DNA from: Acholeplasma laidlawii PG-8A
GTDB taxonomy: Bacteria > Bacillota_I > Bacilli_A > Acholeplasmatales > Acholeplasmataceae
NCBI RefSeq assembly: GCF_000018785.1
Contig: NC_010163.1
Coordinates: forward strand, 210,001-242,000
Reading direction: 5' to 3'
Length of the DNA stretch: 32,000 bases
Part shown: positions 1-7,427 of the stretch, piece after piece
Layout: each line of letters starts with the position of its first letter
Numbering within the stretch: the stretch's first letter is position 1
Notes under the pieces: model-generated
What the model saw: the letters and a program-made list of their open reading frames with translations, nothing else
Databases searched by the model: none
Told to the model about the DNA's origin: nothing
Position numbers and translations under genes: made by a program

Positions 1-2
1 TA

Positions 3-218
3 GAATTAGGCATTAAAGCAAAGATTACACCAGCACATCTTTTTGATGATGTTAAAAACATTTTATTAAGATTAGAACTAGTTAAAGAACCTTTATTAGA
101 TAAAAAACAATTTATAGAATATATAGGTTTTGACAAGAAAAACCTAGCGGATGGTTTACGTTTTGTTTATATCAAAAACATAGGTGAACCAATCATTAAG
201 AAAGGTGTTGAAATATAA
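3..218 (+). CDS. aroB: 3-dehydroquinate synthase, C-terminal fragment (5' end outside window)
   Basis: The frame is open from the window edge to TAA 216-218. The translation ...FIEYIGFDKKNLADGLRFVYIKNIGEPIIKKGVEI resembles AroB C-termini (DKK...g.l.fV.l..iG). It lies directly upstream of aroA, aroE and aroC. Confidence 0.55.
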   Translation, partial: ELGIKAKITPAHLFDDVKNILLRLELVKEPLLDKKQFIEYIGFDKKNLADGLRFVYIKNIGEPIIKKGVEI

Positions 219-219
219 A

Positions 220-1461
220 GTGCTAGAAATTATTCCAACCAATTTATCAGGTGAAGTAAAGATTGTTTCATCTAAATCTTTATCACACCGATATGTACTT
301 GCAGCAGCTCTTGCACATGGACAATCAAAGATTGATAACATATTAGACTCTGATGATTTAATAGCCACACAAAGCGCTTTAAAAAGTTTAGGTGCAACCA
401 TTAATCAAGGATTAATTACAGGTGGTAAGGTTCAAAGAGTACATGAAACTATTGATTGTTTTGAGTCTGGTTCTACATTAAGATTTTTAATTCCGGTCGC
501 AATGCTTCAAGATAAACCTGTGACATTCACGGGTAAAAATCAACTACCATTTCGTACTCAAGAAATGTATGAAAACCTCTTTAAAGAAACTTATCAATTT
601 GAGCATCCAAAAGATAAGTGGTTACCACTTACTGTAAGTGGTCCACTTAAAGGTGGTACATATCACTTAAGAGGTGATGTAAGTAGCCAGTTTATTACAG
701 GCTTACTTTATGCTTTACCACTTGCACCAAATGATTCTGAAATTATTTTAACCTCGCACTTAGAATCTGTTGGTTATGTAGATATGACACTCGATGTATT
801 AGATAAATTTGGTATTAAGATTATTAAAACTGTAAATGGTTATAAGATACCTGGAAACCAACACTATAATCCGGGCAACTACAGTGTAGAAGGTGATTTT
901 AGTGGGGCAGCATTTTTTGTTGCAGCAGGCTTACTTGCTGGACCAATTCACTTAACTAATTTAAATCACCATAGTTTACAAGGTGATAAAGAAATTATTG
1001 ATCTTGCAGTGAAGATGGGTGGAGATATTACACCCACAAGTGAAGGTTATTTGGTTAAACCATCTAAATTAAAAGGTATTTCTATTGATGTCGGACAAAT
1101 TCCAGATTTAGGTCCGATACTTATGGTACTTGGTGCACTTGCAGAAGGTACTACAATTATTCATAACGCATCTAGATTACGTATTAAAGAATCTGATAGA
1201 TTAAATGCTATGGTAACAAACCTTAAAGCACTTGGTGCAAACATTAAAGAAATAGGGGATACTGTAGAAATTAAAGGTGTTTCTAAACTAAAAGGCGGCG
1301 TTCTAGTTTCAAGTTATAAAGATCATAGAATTGCCATGTCGATGGCGGTTGCCTCCATCATGTGCGAACAACCAATTACACTAGATGATGAGACTGTAGT
1401 GTCTAAAAGTTATCCAAATTTCTTTGAAAGTTTTAAAGCGTTAGGAGGTCAAGTAAAGTGA
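220..1461 (+). CDS. aroA: 3-phosphoshikimate 1-carboxyvinyltransferase (EPSP synthase)
   Basis: Full-length EPSP-synthase-like protein (SKSLSHR, ESGSTLRF, LRIKESDR, DHRIAMS motifs). The ORF opens at GTG 184, but that start overlaps aroB by 35 nt. In-frame GTG 220 follows the aroB stop and an AAAGGTG SD (201-207). The true start is uncertain within 184-220. Confidence 0.9.
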   Translation: MLEIIPTNLSGEVKIVSSKSLSHRYVLAAALAHGQSKIDNILDSDDLIATQSALKSLGATINQGLITGGKVQRVHETIDCFESGSTLRFLIPVAMLQDKPVTFTGKNQLPFRTQEMYENLFKETYQFEHPKDKWLPLTVSGPLKGGTYHLRGDVSSQFITGLLYALPLAPNDSEIILTSHLESVGYVDMTLDVLDKFGIKIIKTVNGYKIPGNQHYNPGNYSVEGDFSGAAFFVAAGLLAGPIHLTNLNHHSLQGDKEIIDLAVKMGGDITPTSEGYLVKPSKLKGISIDVGQIPDLGPILMVLGALAEGTTIIHNASRLRIKESDRLNAMVTNLKALGANIKEIGDTVEIKGVSKLKGGVLVSSYKDHRIAMSMAVASIMCEQPITLDDETVVSKSYPNFFESFKALGGQVK

Positions 1462-1712
1462 GTTTAGAACCCTTAAGAAATGAAATTGATAAAGTGGATA
1501 AAGAACTTGTCAAATTATTAGAGCGCCGTTTTGAATTAGTAAAAGAAATTGGCGACTATAAGAAGTTACATAACTTGCCAGTTCTAGATCTAGCAAGAGA
1601 ACAACAAGTACTTCAAAAGAAAAAGGAACAACTCTCCAATAAGGACTTATGGCCTCACTTTGAAAAGTTGTTTCAACATATTATGAATATCTCAAAAGAA
1701 TTAGAAAAATGA
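1458..1712 (+). CDS. chorismate mutase, AroQ (CM_2) type, monofunctional
   Basis: 84-aa all-helical protein with an N-terminus typical of AroQ mutases (LRNEIDKVDKELVKLLERRFELVKEIG). GGAGG SD at 1444-1448. GTG start overlaps the aroA stop (GTGA). Confidence 0.85.
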   Translation: MSLEPLRNEIDKVDKELVKLLERRFELVKEIGDYKKLHNLPVLDLAREQQVLQKKKEQLSNKDLWPHFEKLFQHIMNISKELEK

Positions 1713-2491
1713 AAGTATTTGGATTAATTGGACATCCATTAGGGCACTCTAAGTCGCCTAAATTACATAAAATCATTGCTAGTTATTTTAGTAGACAACT
1801 AGTTTATAAATTATTTGATATGGATCACATCGATAAAGTAAAACCATTGATTGAAGGGTTAAAAAATGGTACATATCATGGTTTTAATGTAACCATTCCA
1901 TATAAGGAAGCAGTGCTTCCCTTTTTGGATATCATAACACCTAAAGCTCAAAAGATAGGTGCAGTAAACACTATCTATTTTAAAGATAATCAAGTCATAG
2001 GTGACAACACTGATTATGATGGTTTTTTATATTTAATTAAACAACAATCTATAATAAAAAAAATCATGAACCCTATTATATTAGGTAGTGGTGGTGCAGC
2101 AAAATCAAGTTATGCGGTGTTAAAAGATCTTGGATTTGACTCGGTTGTTGTATCAAGAAATCCAAAGGATAATGTGCACTTTAATCACATCATAAGTTAT
2201 GATAAACTACCAAGTTACTCATATGATTTGGTTGTAAACACGACACCAATTGGGATGCATCCAAATATTAACCAATCGCCACTGGATGAAAGTTTAGTAC
2301 ATGATAAATTTGTTATAGATCTCATCTATAATCCACTGGAAACTACTTTAATGAAATATGCTAAACATAGTATTGGTGGACTTGATATGCTCATTGTTCA
2401 AGCATTTAAAGCTCAAAATATATGGTTTGGTGAAGAAAAAGAATTAAAAGATGATATATTAAATCATATCAAGGAGGACGTATATGAATAG
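1709..2491 (+). CDS. aroE: shikimate dehydrogenase
   Basis: N-terminal GHPLGHSKSP motif, NVTIPYK, GAVNT, NTDYDGF and a GSGGAAKS Rossmann loop. The ATG overlaps the upstream TGA (ATGA). Confidence 0.9.
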   Translation: MKVFGLIGHPLGHSKSPKLHKIIASYFSRQLVYKLFDMDHIDKVKPLIEGLKNGTYHGFNVTIPYKEAVLPFLDIITPKAQKIGAVNTIYFKDNQVIGDNTDYDGFLYLIKQQSIIKKIMNPIILGSGGAAKSSYAVLKDLGFDSVVVSRNPKDNVHFNHIISYDKLPSYSYDLVVNTTPIGMHPNINQSPLDESLVHDKFVIDLIYNPLETTLMKYAKHSIGGLDMLIVQAFKAQNIWFGEEKELKDDILNHIKEDVYE

Positions 2492-3470
2492 TTTCGGCAC
2501 TTTATTTAAAGTAACTTTATATGGTGAATCACATCAAGATGCTATAGGTATAGTTATTGATGGTGTAAAACCCGGTCTTAAAATTAACTGGGATGATGTA
2601 GAAGGCGACCTAGCTAAAAGAAGACCAGGTGCTGTAGGTACAACACCAAGAGTTGAAAAAGATAAACTAGAAGTTACATCTGGTATATTTAATGAATATA
2701 CTACAGGTTCTCCACTACATATTATGATCAGAAATGAAAATGTTATTTCTAAAGACTATAGTCATCTTAAAAGTCAACCAAGACCAGGACATGCAGACTT
2801 TGTAGCTAGTATGAAGTATCAAGGATTTCATGACTACCGAGGTGGGGGTCGTTTTTCTGGAAGACTAACTGCACCACTTGTGGTTGCAGGTAGTATTGCA
2901 AAACAAATGTTACCGTTTGAGTTTAGTCATGAACTGATTCAAGTGGGATCTCTTACAGATATGTCACAACTCGATACATATTTACGTGAAGTACATAACC
3001 AAGGAGAATCTGTTGGTGGCATCGTTGAAGTTCGAGTAAAAAATATGATAGTTGGACTAGGCGAACCTATGTTTGAAAAGTTAGATGCTAAAATTGGTCA
3101 AATGATGTTTTCAATACCGGCTGTAAAAGGTGTTGAAATTGGTACAGGTTTTAGTGGCGCAACTCTCTATGGTTCTGAGTTTAATGATGTCTATGAAGAT
3201 GAAACCGGAAAGACTTTAACCAATCATTCTGGTGGAGTATCTGGTGGTATTTCTAATGGTAATGATTTAGTCGTAAAGGTTTTTGTTAAGCCAACTAGCA
3301 GTATTGGTAAAGCACAATCTTCATTCAATTTAGAAAGTAAACAAAAACAGTCTTTTGAAATTGGTGGTAGACATGATACTGCAATTGTAAGACGTGTAGG
3401 TATTGTACTAGAAAATGCACTTGCTATTGTATTAGCAGACCTATATTTATGGAGTAAAATATATAAATGA
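2484..3470 (+). CDS. aroC: chorismate synthase (short form, 328 aa)
   Basis: GESHQ, RRPG, RPGHAD, GGGRFSGR and GGRHD motifs. AAGGAGG SD upstream. 8-nt overlap with aroE. Confidence 0.92.
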   Translation: MNSFGTLFKVTLYGESHQDAIGIVIDGVKPGLKINWDDVEGDLAKRRPGAVGTTPRVEKDKLEVTSGIFNEYTTGSPLHIMIRNENVISKDYSHLKSQPRPGHADFVASMKYQGFHDYRGGGRFSGRLTAPLVVAGSIAKQMLPFEFSHELIQVGSLTDMSQLDTYLREVHNQGESVGGIVEVRVKNMIVGLGEPMFEKLDAKIGQMMFSIPAVKGVEIGTGFSGATLYGSEFNDVYEDETGKTLTNHSGGVSGGISNGNDLVVKVFVKPTSSIGKAQSSFNLESKQKQSFEIGGRHDTAIVRRVGIVLENALAIVLADLYLWSKIYK

Positions 3471-4453
3471 TGTTTTATAAACAAGTGTTACACACAACAA
3501 TTAAATTAGTCGTTGTAGCAATTATATCAGCAACTATAGCCTATTTTGTTGGTATAAATGACTACATACTTGTTGGTACAATAGGTATTTTATCTGTATC
3601 ACTTACAAAAAAAGACACCATTAAAGATAACATCAATAGATATCTAGATGTATTGTTAGGTTTAGCACTATCCGCATCTATCTTCTTTATATTTGGTTTT
3701 AATTTATATGCACTGATTATATTTTTAGTCCTATTTATTTTTGCATCATATGCCTTTAAAATAAACATTGGATTAATACCTGCGCTTGTTTTAGCAAAAC
3801 ACTTATTTGATGCACAAAATATCGAATGGCTATTTATTTTTGAACGTGTAGCAATTATTACAATTAGTGTTGGTACAGCACTCATTATGAATATGCTATA
3901 TCCTGAATTCCATAATAAACGTATGATTTATTATGTGAGTGAAGTTGATGAGAAATTAAAAGACCATTTATTTATGTTAAGTATATATCTAGTTAAAAAA
4001 GAAGGCAGTAAAGACTTCTTAAAACATTATGATTTATTAAATGAAGAAATCAGTAAAATGATTATGCTTGCTGAAGCAAGTGATAAAGATAAGTTATTTG
4101 ATAACGATCATAGATATCTTGCATATCTTTATATGAGACGCAATCAATTAAACTATATAAATAATATGTATCAAAGTGTTCAGAGAATGGATACTTCACA
4201 TCCATATGAAAATACCATTTCGAACTTTATTAAAGAACTTATTCTAGATATAGGTATTGATGATAAAGCGACTAAACAATTAAGTAAATTAGATAACATG
4301 AAAAAGGTATTTAAAGAAGAGTCTTTGCCTAAGACAAGAGATGAATTTGAAACGCGTGCATTACTCTTTCATATGTTAGAAGATTTAGAAGAACTACTTC
4401 ACGTTAAGGTAAGATTTCATGAACGTTACCCCAACTTCATATTAACACTTTAA
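3467..4453 (+). CDS. aromatic acid exporter (ArAE_1/UPF0421, YgaE-like) family membrane protein
   Basis: The N-terminal ~150 aa has 4-5 hydrophobic helices and the C-terminus is a charged helical domain. This is the architecture and N-terminal pattern of the ArAE_1 family. The ATG overlaps the aroC stop (ATGA). The family call rests on recalled similarity only. Confidence 0.65.
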   Translation: MMFYKQVLHTTIKLVVVAIISATIAYFVGINDYILVGTIGILSVSLTKKDTIKDNINRYLDVLLGLALSASIFFIFGFNLYALIIFLVLFIFASYAFKINIGLIPALVLAKHLFDAQNIEWLFIFERVAIITISVGTALIMNMLYPEFHNKRMIYYVSEVDEKLKDHLFMLSIYLVKKEGSKDFLKHYDLLNEEISKMIMLAEASDKDKLFDNDHRYLAYLYMRRNQLNYINNMYQSVQRMDTSHPYENTISNFIKELILDIGIDDKATKQLSKLDNMKKVFKEESLPKTRDEFETRALLFHMLEDLEELLHVKVRFHERYPNFILTL

Positions 4454-4455
4454 AA

Positions 4456-4497
4456 AAATAAGGATAACTTATCAAATTTGATAGGTTATCCTTATTT
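4456..4497. terminator. bidirectional intrinsic terminator between convergent genes
   Basis: Near-perfect 21-bp inverted repeat AAATAAGGATAACTTATCAAA/TTTGATAGGTTATCCTTATTT (one G-U), flanked by an A-run and a T-run. It sits between the stops at 4453 (+) and 4499 (-). Confidence 0.8.
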
Positions 4498-4498
4498 A

Positions 4499-5728
4499 TT
4501 ATGACAGGGTCTTTATAAATTCTTTGGCGTTTGCCACTGTAATTTCTTTACTAGTGACTAAATGGTTTACAACTTCATTAATGTTTGAAGGTTGTGCACC
4601 AGCTTCAAGTGCAACGTTTCTTGCATGTAATCTCATATGACCTTTATTAATACCGTCTGTAGTAAGTGCATAAAGTGCTGCAAAGTTTTGAGCAAGCCCA
4701 AGACATGCTGCAACTTTCATAAGCTCCATCGCATTTTTAACACCGAGTATTTTATGTGATAACTTAACCTTTGGTAGAATTCCCATAGAACCACCAACTG
4801 TACCAAGTGCCAAAGGTATTTTTATTTCACCAACTAAAAAATCATCTTTAACATACCACTTGGTCAGTGGAATGTATTTACCACTAACTGAAGCATAAGC
4901 ATGCGCACCAGCCTCAATTGAACGGGTGTCATTACCTGTTGCAAGCATTAGAGCACTAATACCATTCATAATTCCTTTATTGTGTGTTGCTGCTCTATAC
5001 GGGTCAATATGTGCATATGTAGAAGCAGCTGCAATATCTTTATGAATAACATCGGAGTTCTTTAAGTGTTTTGGATCAATTTTTACAGAAGCAGATACTA
5101 ATGCATCCACGGCTAGGTTGGATAGAATACTCATTAAAACTTCAGCCTTATAATCAATAGTTACAAAATGACTAATAGCTTCTAAAATGGTATTGATGGT
5201 GTTTGCACCCATGGCATCTAGTGTATTGATACTTGCATAAAAGCATACAAAGCCTTGAGTTTTATCTTCGACTTTAAATGACAATAAACCACCACCCAAA
5301 TTATGAATTTGTGGGTGTGCTTTATAAGCAATATCTTTAAATGTTTCTTTATGACTATTTAAGTAATCAATTAATGCTTTTGGATCAGATACGTTTTTAA
5401 AAATAATTTGACCAATCATTACACGATTGATTTCATCAATTTTAAAACCACCATTACGATAAATTATTTTAGCGGCATGAGCAGCACCAGCAATGACTGA
5501 AGGTTCTTCAGTTGCCATCGGTATATGGTATAAGACATCGTCAATTAAAAAGTCTGGAGCAACGCCTAAACCCACTTCATACGTCGTAATAAAGTTTTCA
5601 ATCAAGTGGTCAAAAACAATATCACCTGCACTTTTGTTTAGACTTGCATCGAATCTATCAATAGATTCTAATGCTTCAATACGTTCTTCAATAGATTTTT
5701 TGTAAAAGTTTTTTAGTAATTTATTCAT
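4499..5728 (-). CDS. mvaA: hydroxymethylglutaryl-CoA reductase, class II
   Basis: 409-aa protein with class-II HMGR hallmarks (EEPSVIAGA, DAMGAN, GTVGG, NKGHM..H). AGAGGTG SD upstream of the ATG. Confidence 0.9.
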   Translation of the reverse strand: MNKLLKNFYKKSIEERIEALESIDRFDASLNKSAGDIVFDHLIENFITTYEVGLGVAPDFLIDDVLYHIPMATEEPSVIAGAAHAAKIIYRNGGFKIDEINRVMIGQIIFKNVSDPKALIDYLNSHKETFKDIAYKAHPQIHNLGGGLLSFKVEDKTQGFVCFYASINTLDAMGANTINTILEAISHFVTIDYKAEVLMSILSNLAVDALVSASVKIDPKHLKNSDVIHKDIAAASTYAHIDPYRAATHNKGIMNGISALMLATGNDTRSIEAGAHAYASVSGKYIPLTKWYVKDDFLVGEIKIPLALGTVGGSMGILPKVKLSHKILGVKNAMELMKVAACLGLAQNFAALYALTTDGINKGHMRLHARNVALEAGAQPSNINEVVNHLVTSKEITVANAKEFIKTLS

Positions 5729-5785
5729 AATTCACCTCTAGTCCATTTATTATAACATGCAAAATCTACAAAACCTTAACTCTTG

Positions 5786-5794
5786 TGTTATAAT
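5786..5794 (+). promoter_or_regulatory. candidate extended -10 promoter (TGtTATAAT) for mvaS
   Basis: TGTTATAAT at 5786-5794, about 38 nt upstream of the mvaS ATG. A weak -35-like TCTACA lies 18 nt upstream. Confidence 0.4.
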
Positions 5795-5831
5795 TTCTTA
5801 TACATGTTAAAAACATATTTAGGAGCAACGC

Positions 5832-6974
5832 ATGAAAATTGGTATTCATAAAATGTCGTTTTATGTCCCAAAGTTTTACTTGGATATAAACACTTTAGCA
5901 CATGCTAGAGGTATTGACCCGTTAAAATATACAAATGGCTTACTTACACATAAAATGAGTGTAGCACCATTTAATCAAGACATCGTGACACTTGCAGCAA
6001 ACGCAACTTTAAACTATCTAACTAAAGAAGATATCAAAGCAATCGATTTAATACTATTTACAACAGAAAGTGGTATAGATTATTCCAAATCAGCAGCAAC
6101 ACATCTTATCAGTATCTTAGGTTTAAGAAATGATGTGAGAGCACTTGAGATGAAACAAGCGTGTTACGCTACAACTGCTGCCCTTTATTTTGCTAAAGGA
6201 CATATTTTACAACATCCTGAATCTAAAGTATTAGTGATAGCTTCAGATATTGCAAAATATGGGTTAAATAGTTCTGGTGAACCAACTCAAGGCGCTGGTG
6301 CAGTGTCTATGATTGTGTCTAGAGAACCTAACATTATGGTGTTAGAAGATCAATATGGTATTCATTCAGAGGATATCTACGATTTTTGGAGACCAGATGG
6401 TTTAGATTATGCCCAAGTGGATGGTAAGTTCTCAAATGAAATGTATAAAAAGTTTTTCTTAAAAACATTTGATAACTACAAAATGCAAACCAAACATACG
6501 CTAGATGATTTTGCTGCATTAACATTCCATATACCTTATCCGAAAATTGGATTAAGAAGTTTAGAATTGGTTGCAGATAAAGCAAACAATCCTAGCCTAT
6601 TTGAAAACTTCTATACAAGTATTTCATACAACAAATATATTGGTAATATCTATACAGGTTCCCTATTCTTATCTATTATTGCTTTACTTGAACAAGGTAA
6701 CTTAAAAGCAGGTGAGCGTATCGGGATGTTTGGATATGGTTCAGGTGCTGTTGCAGAGTTTTTCTCAGCAAAACTTGTTGAGGGTTATAAAGCACATCTA
6801 AACAAAGAACTACATGAAAAACAACTTTCAAATAGAACTGAACTGGATATGGAAAAATACGCTGTATACTTAACTCGAAAAGTTACAAATGACACTGTAT
6901 TAGAAGATGATCTTGATGTTAAAGTTCAATTAAAATCAATCACAGATTATAAGAGAAATTATCAAAATAATTAA
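5832..6974 (+). CDS. mvaS: hydroxymethylglutaryl-CoA synthase
   Basis: 380-aa thiolase-fold protein typical of MvaS, with active-site context EMKQACYATT and GYGSGAV near the C-terminus. AGGAG SD. Divergent from mvaA. Confidence 0.92.
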   Translation: MKIGIHKMSFYVPKFYLDINTLAHARGIDPLKYTNGLLTHKMSVAPFNQDIVTLAANATLNYLTKEDIKAIDLILFTTESGIDYSKSAATHLISILGLRNDVRALEMKQACYATTAALYFAKGHILQHPESKVLVIASDIAKYGLNSSGEPTQGAGAVSMIVSREPNIMVLEDQYGIHSEDIYDFWRPDGLDYAQVDGKFSNEMYKKFFLKTFDNYKMQTKHTLDDFAALTFHIPYPKIGLRSLELVADKANNPSLFENFYTSISYNKYIGNIYTGSLFLSIIALLEQGNLKAGERIGMFGYGSGAVAEFFSAKLVEGYKAHLNKELHEKQLSNRTELDMEKYAVYLTRKVTNDTVLEDDLDVKVQLKSITDYKRNYQNN

Positions 6975-7018
6975 AAAAAATACGCATATACTGGAGATGT
7001 ATATGCGTATTATTATTT
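6973..7018. terminator. bidirectional intrinsic terminator
   Basis: 13-bp stem AATACGCATATAC / GTATATGCGTATT with a 7-nt loop. A8 lies on the left, which reads as a U-tract on the minus strand, and a T-rich tail on the right. It follows the mvaS stop and lies downstream of the minus-strand sORF 7056-7121. Confidence 0.75.
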
Positions 7019-7055
7019 ATATATTTAGGACATTAAATCATGTTATATTAAAAAA

Positions 7056-7121
7056 CTATTTTTTTACCGGTTTTTTAGGAGCAGGTGCTTGTTTAGCAGC
7101 TGGTTTTTGTGGAGCAGCCAT
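7056..7121 (-). CDS. unannotated small ORF, 21 aa, Lys/Pro/Ala-rich (MAAPQKPAAKQAPAPKKPVKK)
   Basis: SD GAAAGGGG lies 7 nt upstream of the ATG (7119-7121 on the minus strand) and the stop is TAG. By my count it has 28/66 G+C, inside a much more AT-rich spacer. A terminator with a U-tract in the same orientation lies 38 nt downstream. Confidence 0.4.
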   Translation of the reverse strand: MAAPQKPAAKQAPAPKKPVKK

Positions 7122-7412
7122 GATTATTCCCCTTTCGTTATTCATGATAAATAGCCAAATCTTTTAACTCATCTTTCAATCTCCACTTAGAAATTAAGTT
7201 AAATGATTATGTGTAATTAGTGTTAACCAAAATTACCACTTCAACTATATTATACGCCTATAAAATGAGGAATTCTTGATAAATAATTACATAAAACATG
7301 AATAAATATTCATAATATATAATGACTGATTTTTGGTATGAAACTTATACCTTTTTAGGTATGAAATTCTTTAAGTAAAATAGCTTACTATGACCTGAAC
7401 TTGAACTATACA

Positions 7413-7421
7413 TGCTATAAT
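7413..7421 (+). promoter_or_regulatory. candidate extended -10 promoter (TGcTATAAT) abutting the recG start
   Basis: TGCTATAAT at 7413-7421. The first ATG of the conserved RecG N-terminus is at 7428, only 6 nt downstream, with no SD in between. Confidence 0.4.
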
Positions 7422-7427
7422 TTAGTT

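Noticed and set aside
156-401. 81-aa minus-strand ORF antisense to aroA, together with the other short ORFs in the track that lie inside or antisense to well-supported genes: 3224-3484, 3562-3885, 5493-5705, 6334-6585, 8381-8590, 8908-9114, 10032-10244, 11711-11947, 11776-11967, 12120-12341, 12236-12502, 14581-14916, 15028-15213, 15213-15440, 16879-17127, 17458-17682, 23737-23955, 23965-24252, 26638-26901, 26892-27077, 27102-27326, 27158-27358, 29271-29468, 31312-31509.
   Set aside because: These are shadow ORFs. Each is nested in a gene with clear family motifs, lacks an SD, and has low-complexity or odd composition. No recognisable domains.
7143-7145. Alternative upstream in-frame ATG that would extend the 21-aa minus-strand sORF to 29 aa (MNNERGII...).
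   Set aside because: There is no SD before it, and the extension would consist of the SD sequence of the shorter ORF.
7322-7378. 18-codon plus-strand ORF MTDFWYETYTFLGMKFFK (7 of 18 residues aromatic). It overlaps a GGTAT...ATACC hairpin with a T-run and a GGTATGAAA direct repeat. It briefly looked like an aromatic-amino-acid attenuation leader.
   Set aside because: There is no SD. It lies upstream of recG, not of an aro/trp/phe gene. The stem is only 5 bp. TTT and TAT codons are expected by chance in sequence this AT-rich.
7401-7427. ORF-track N-terminal extensions with non-ATG starts: recG TTG 7401, ABC2 TTG 15723, leuS 26983, flavodoxin 19731, lactonase TTG 26506, dnaE GTG 20231, DUF1801 ATG 25507.
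   Set aside because: In each case an internal start has a properly spaced SD and matches the conserved family N-terminus, while the longer start lacks an SD or overlaps one.
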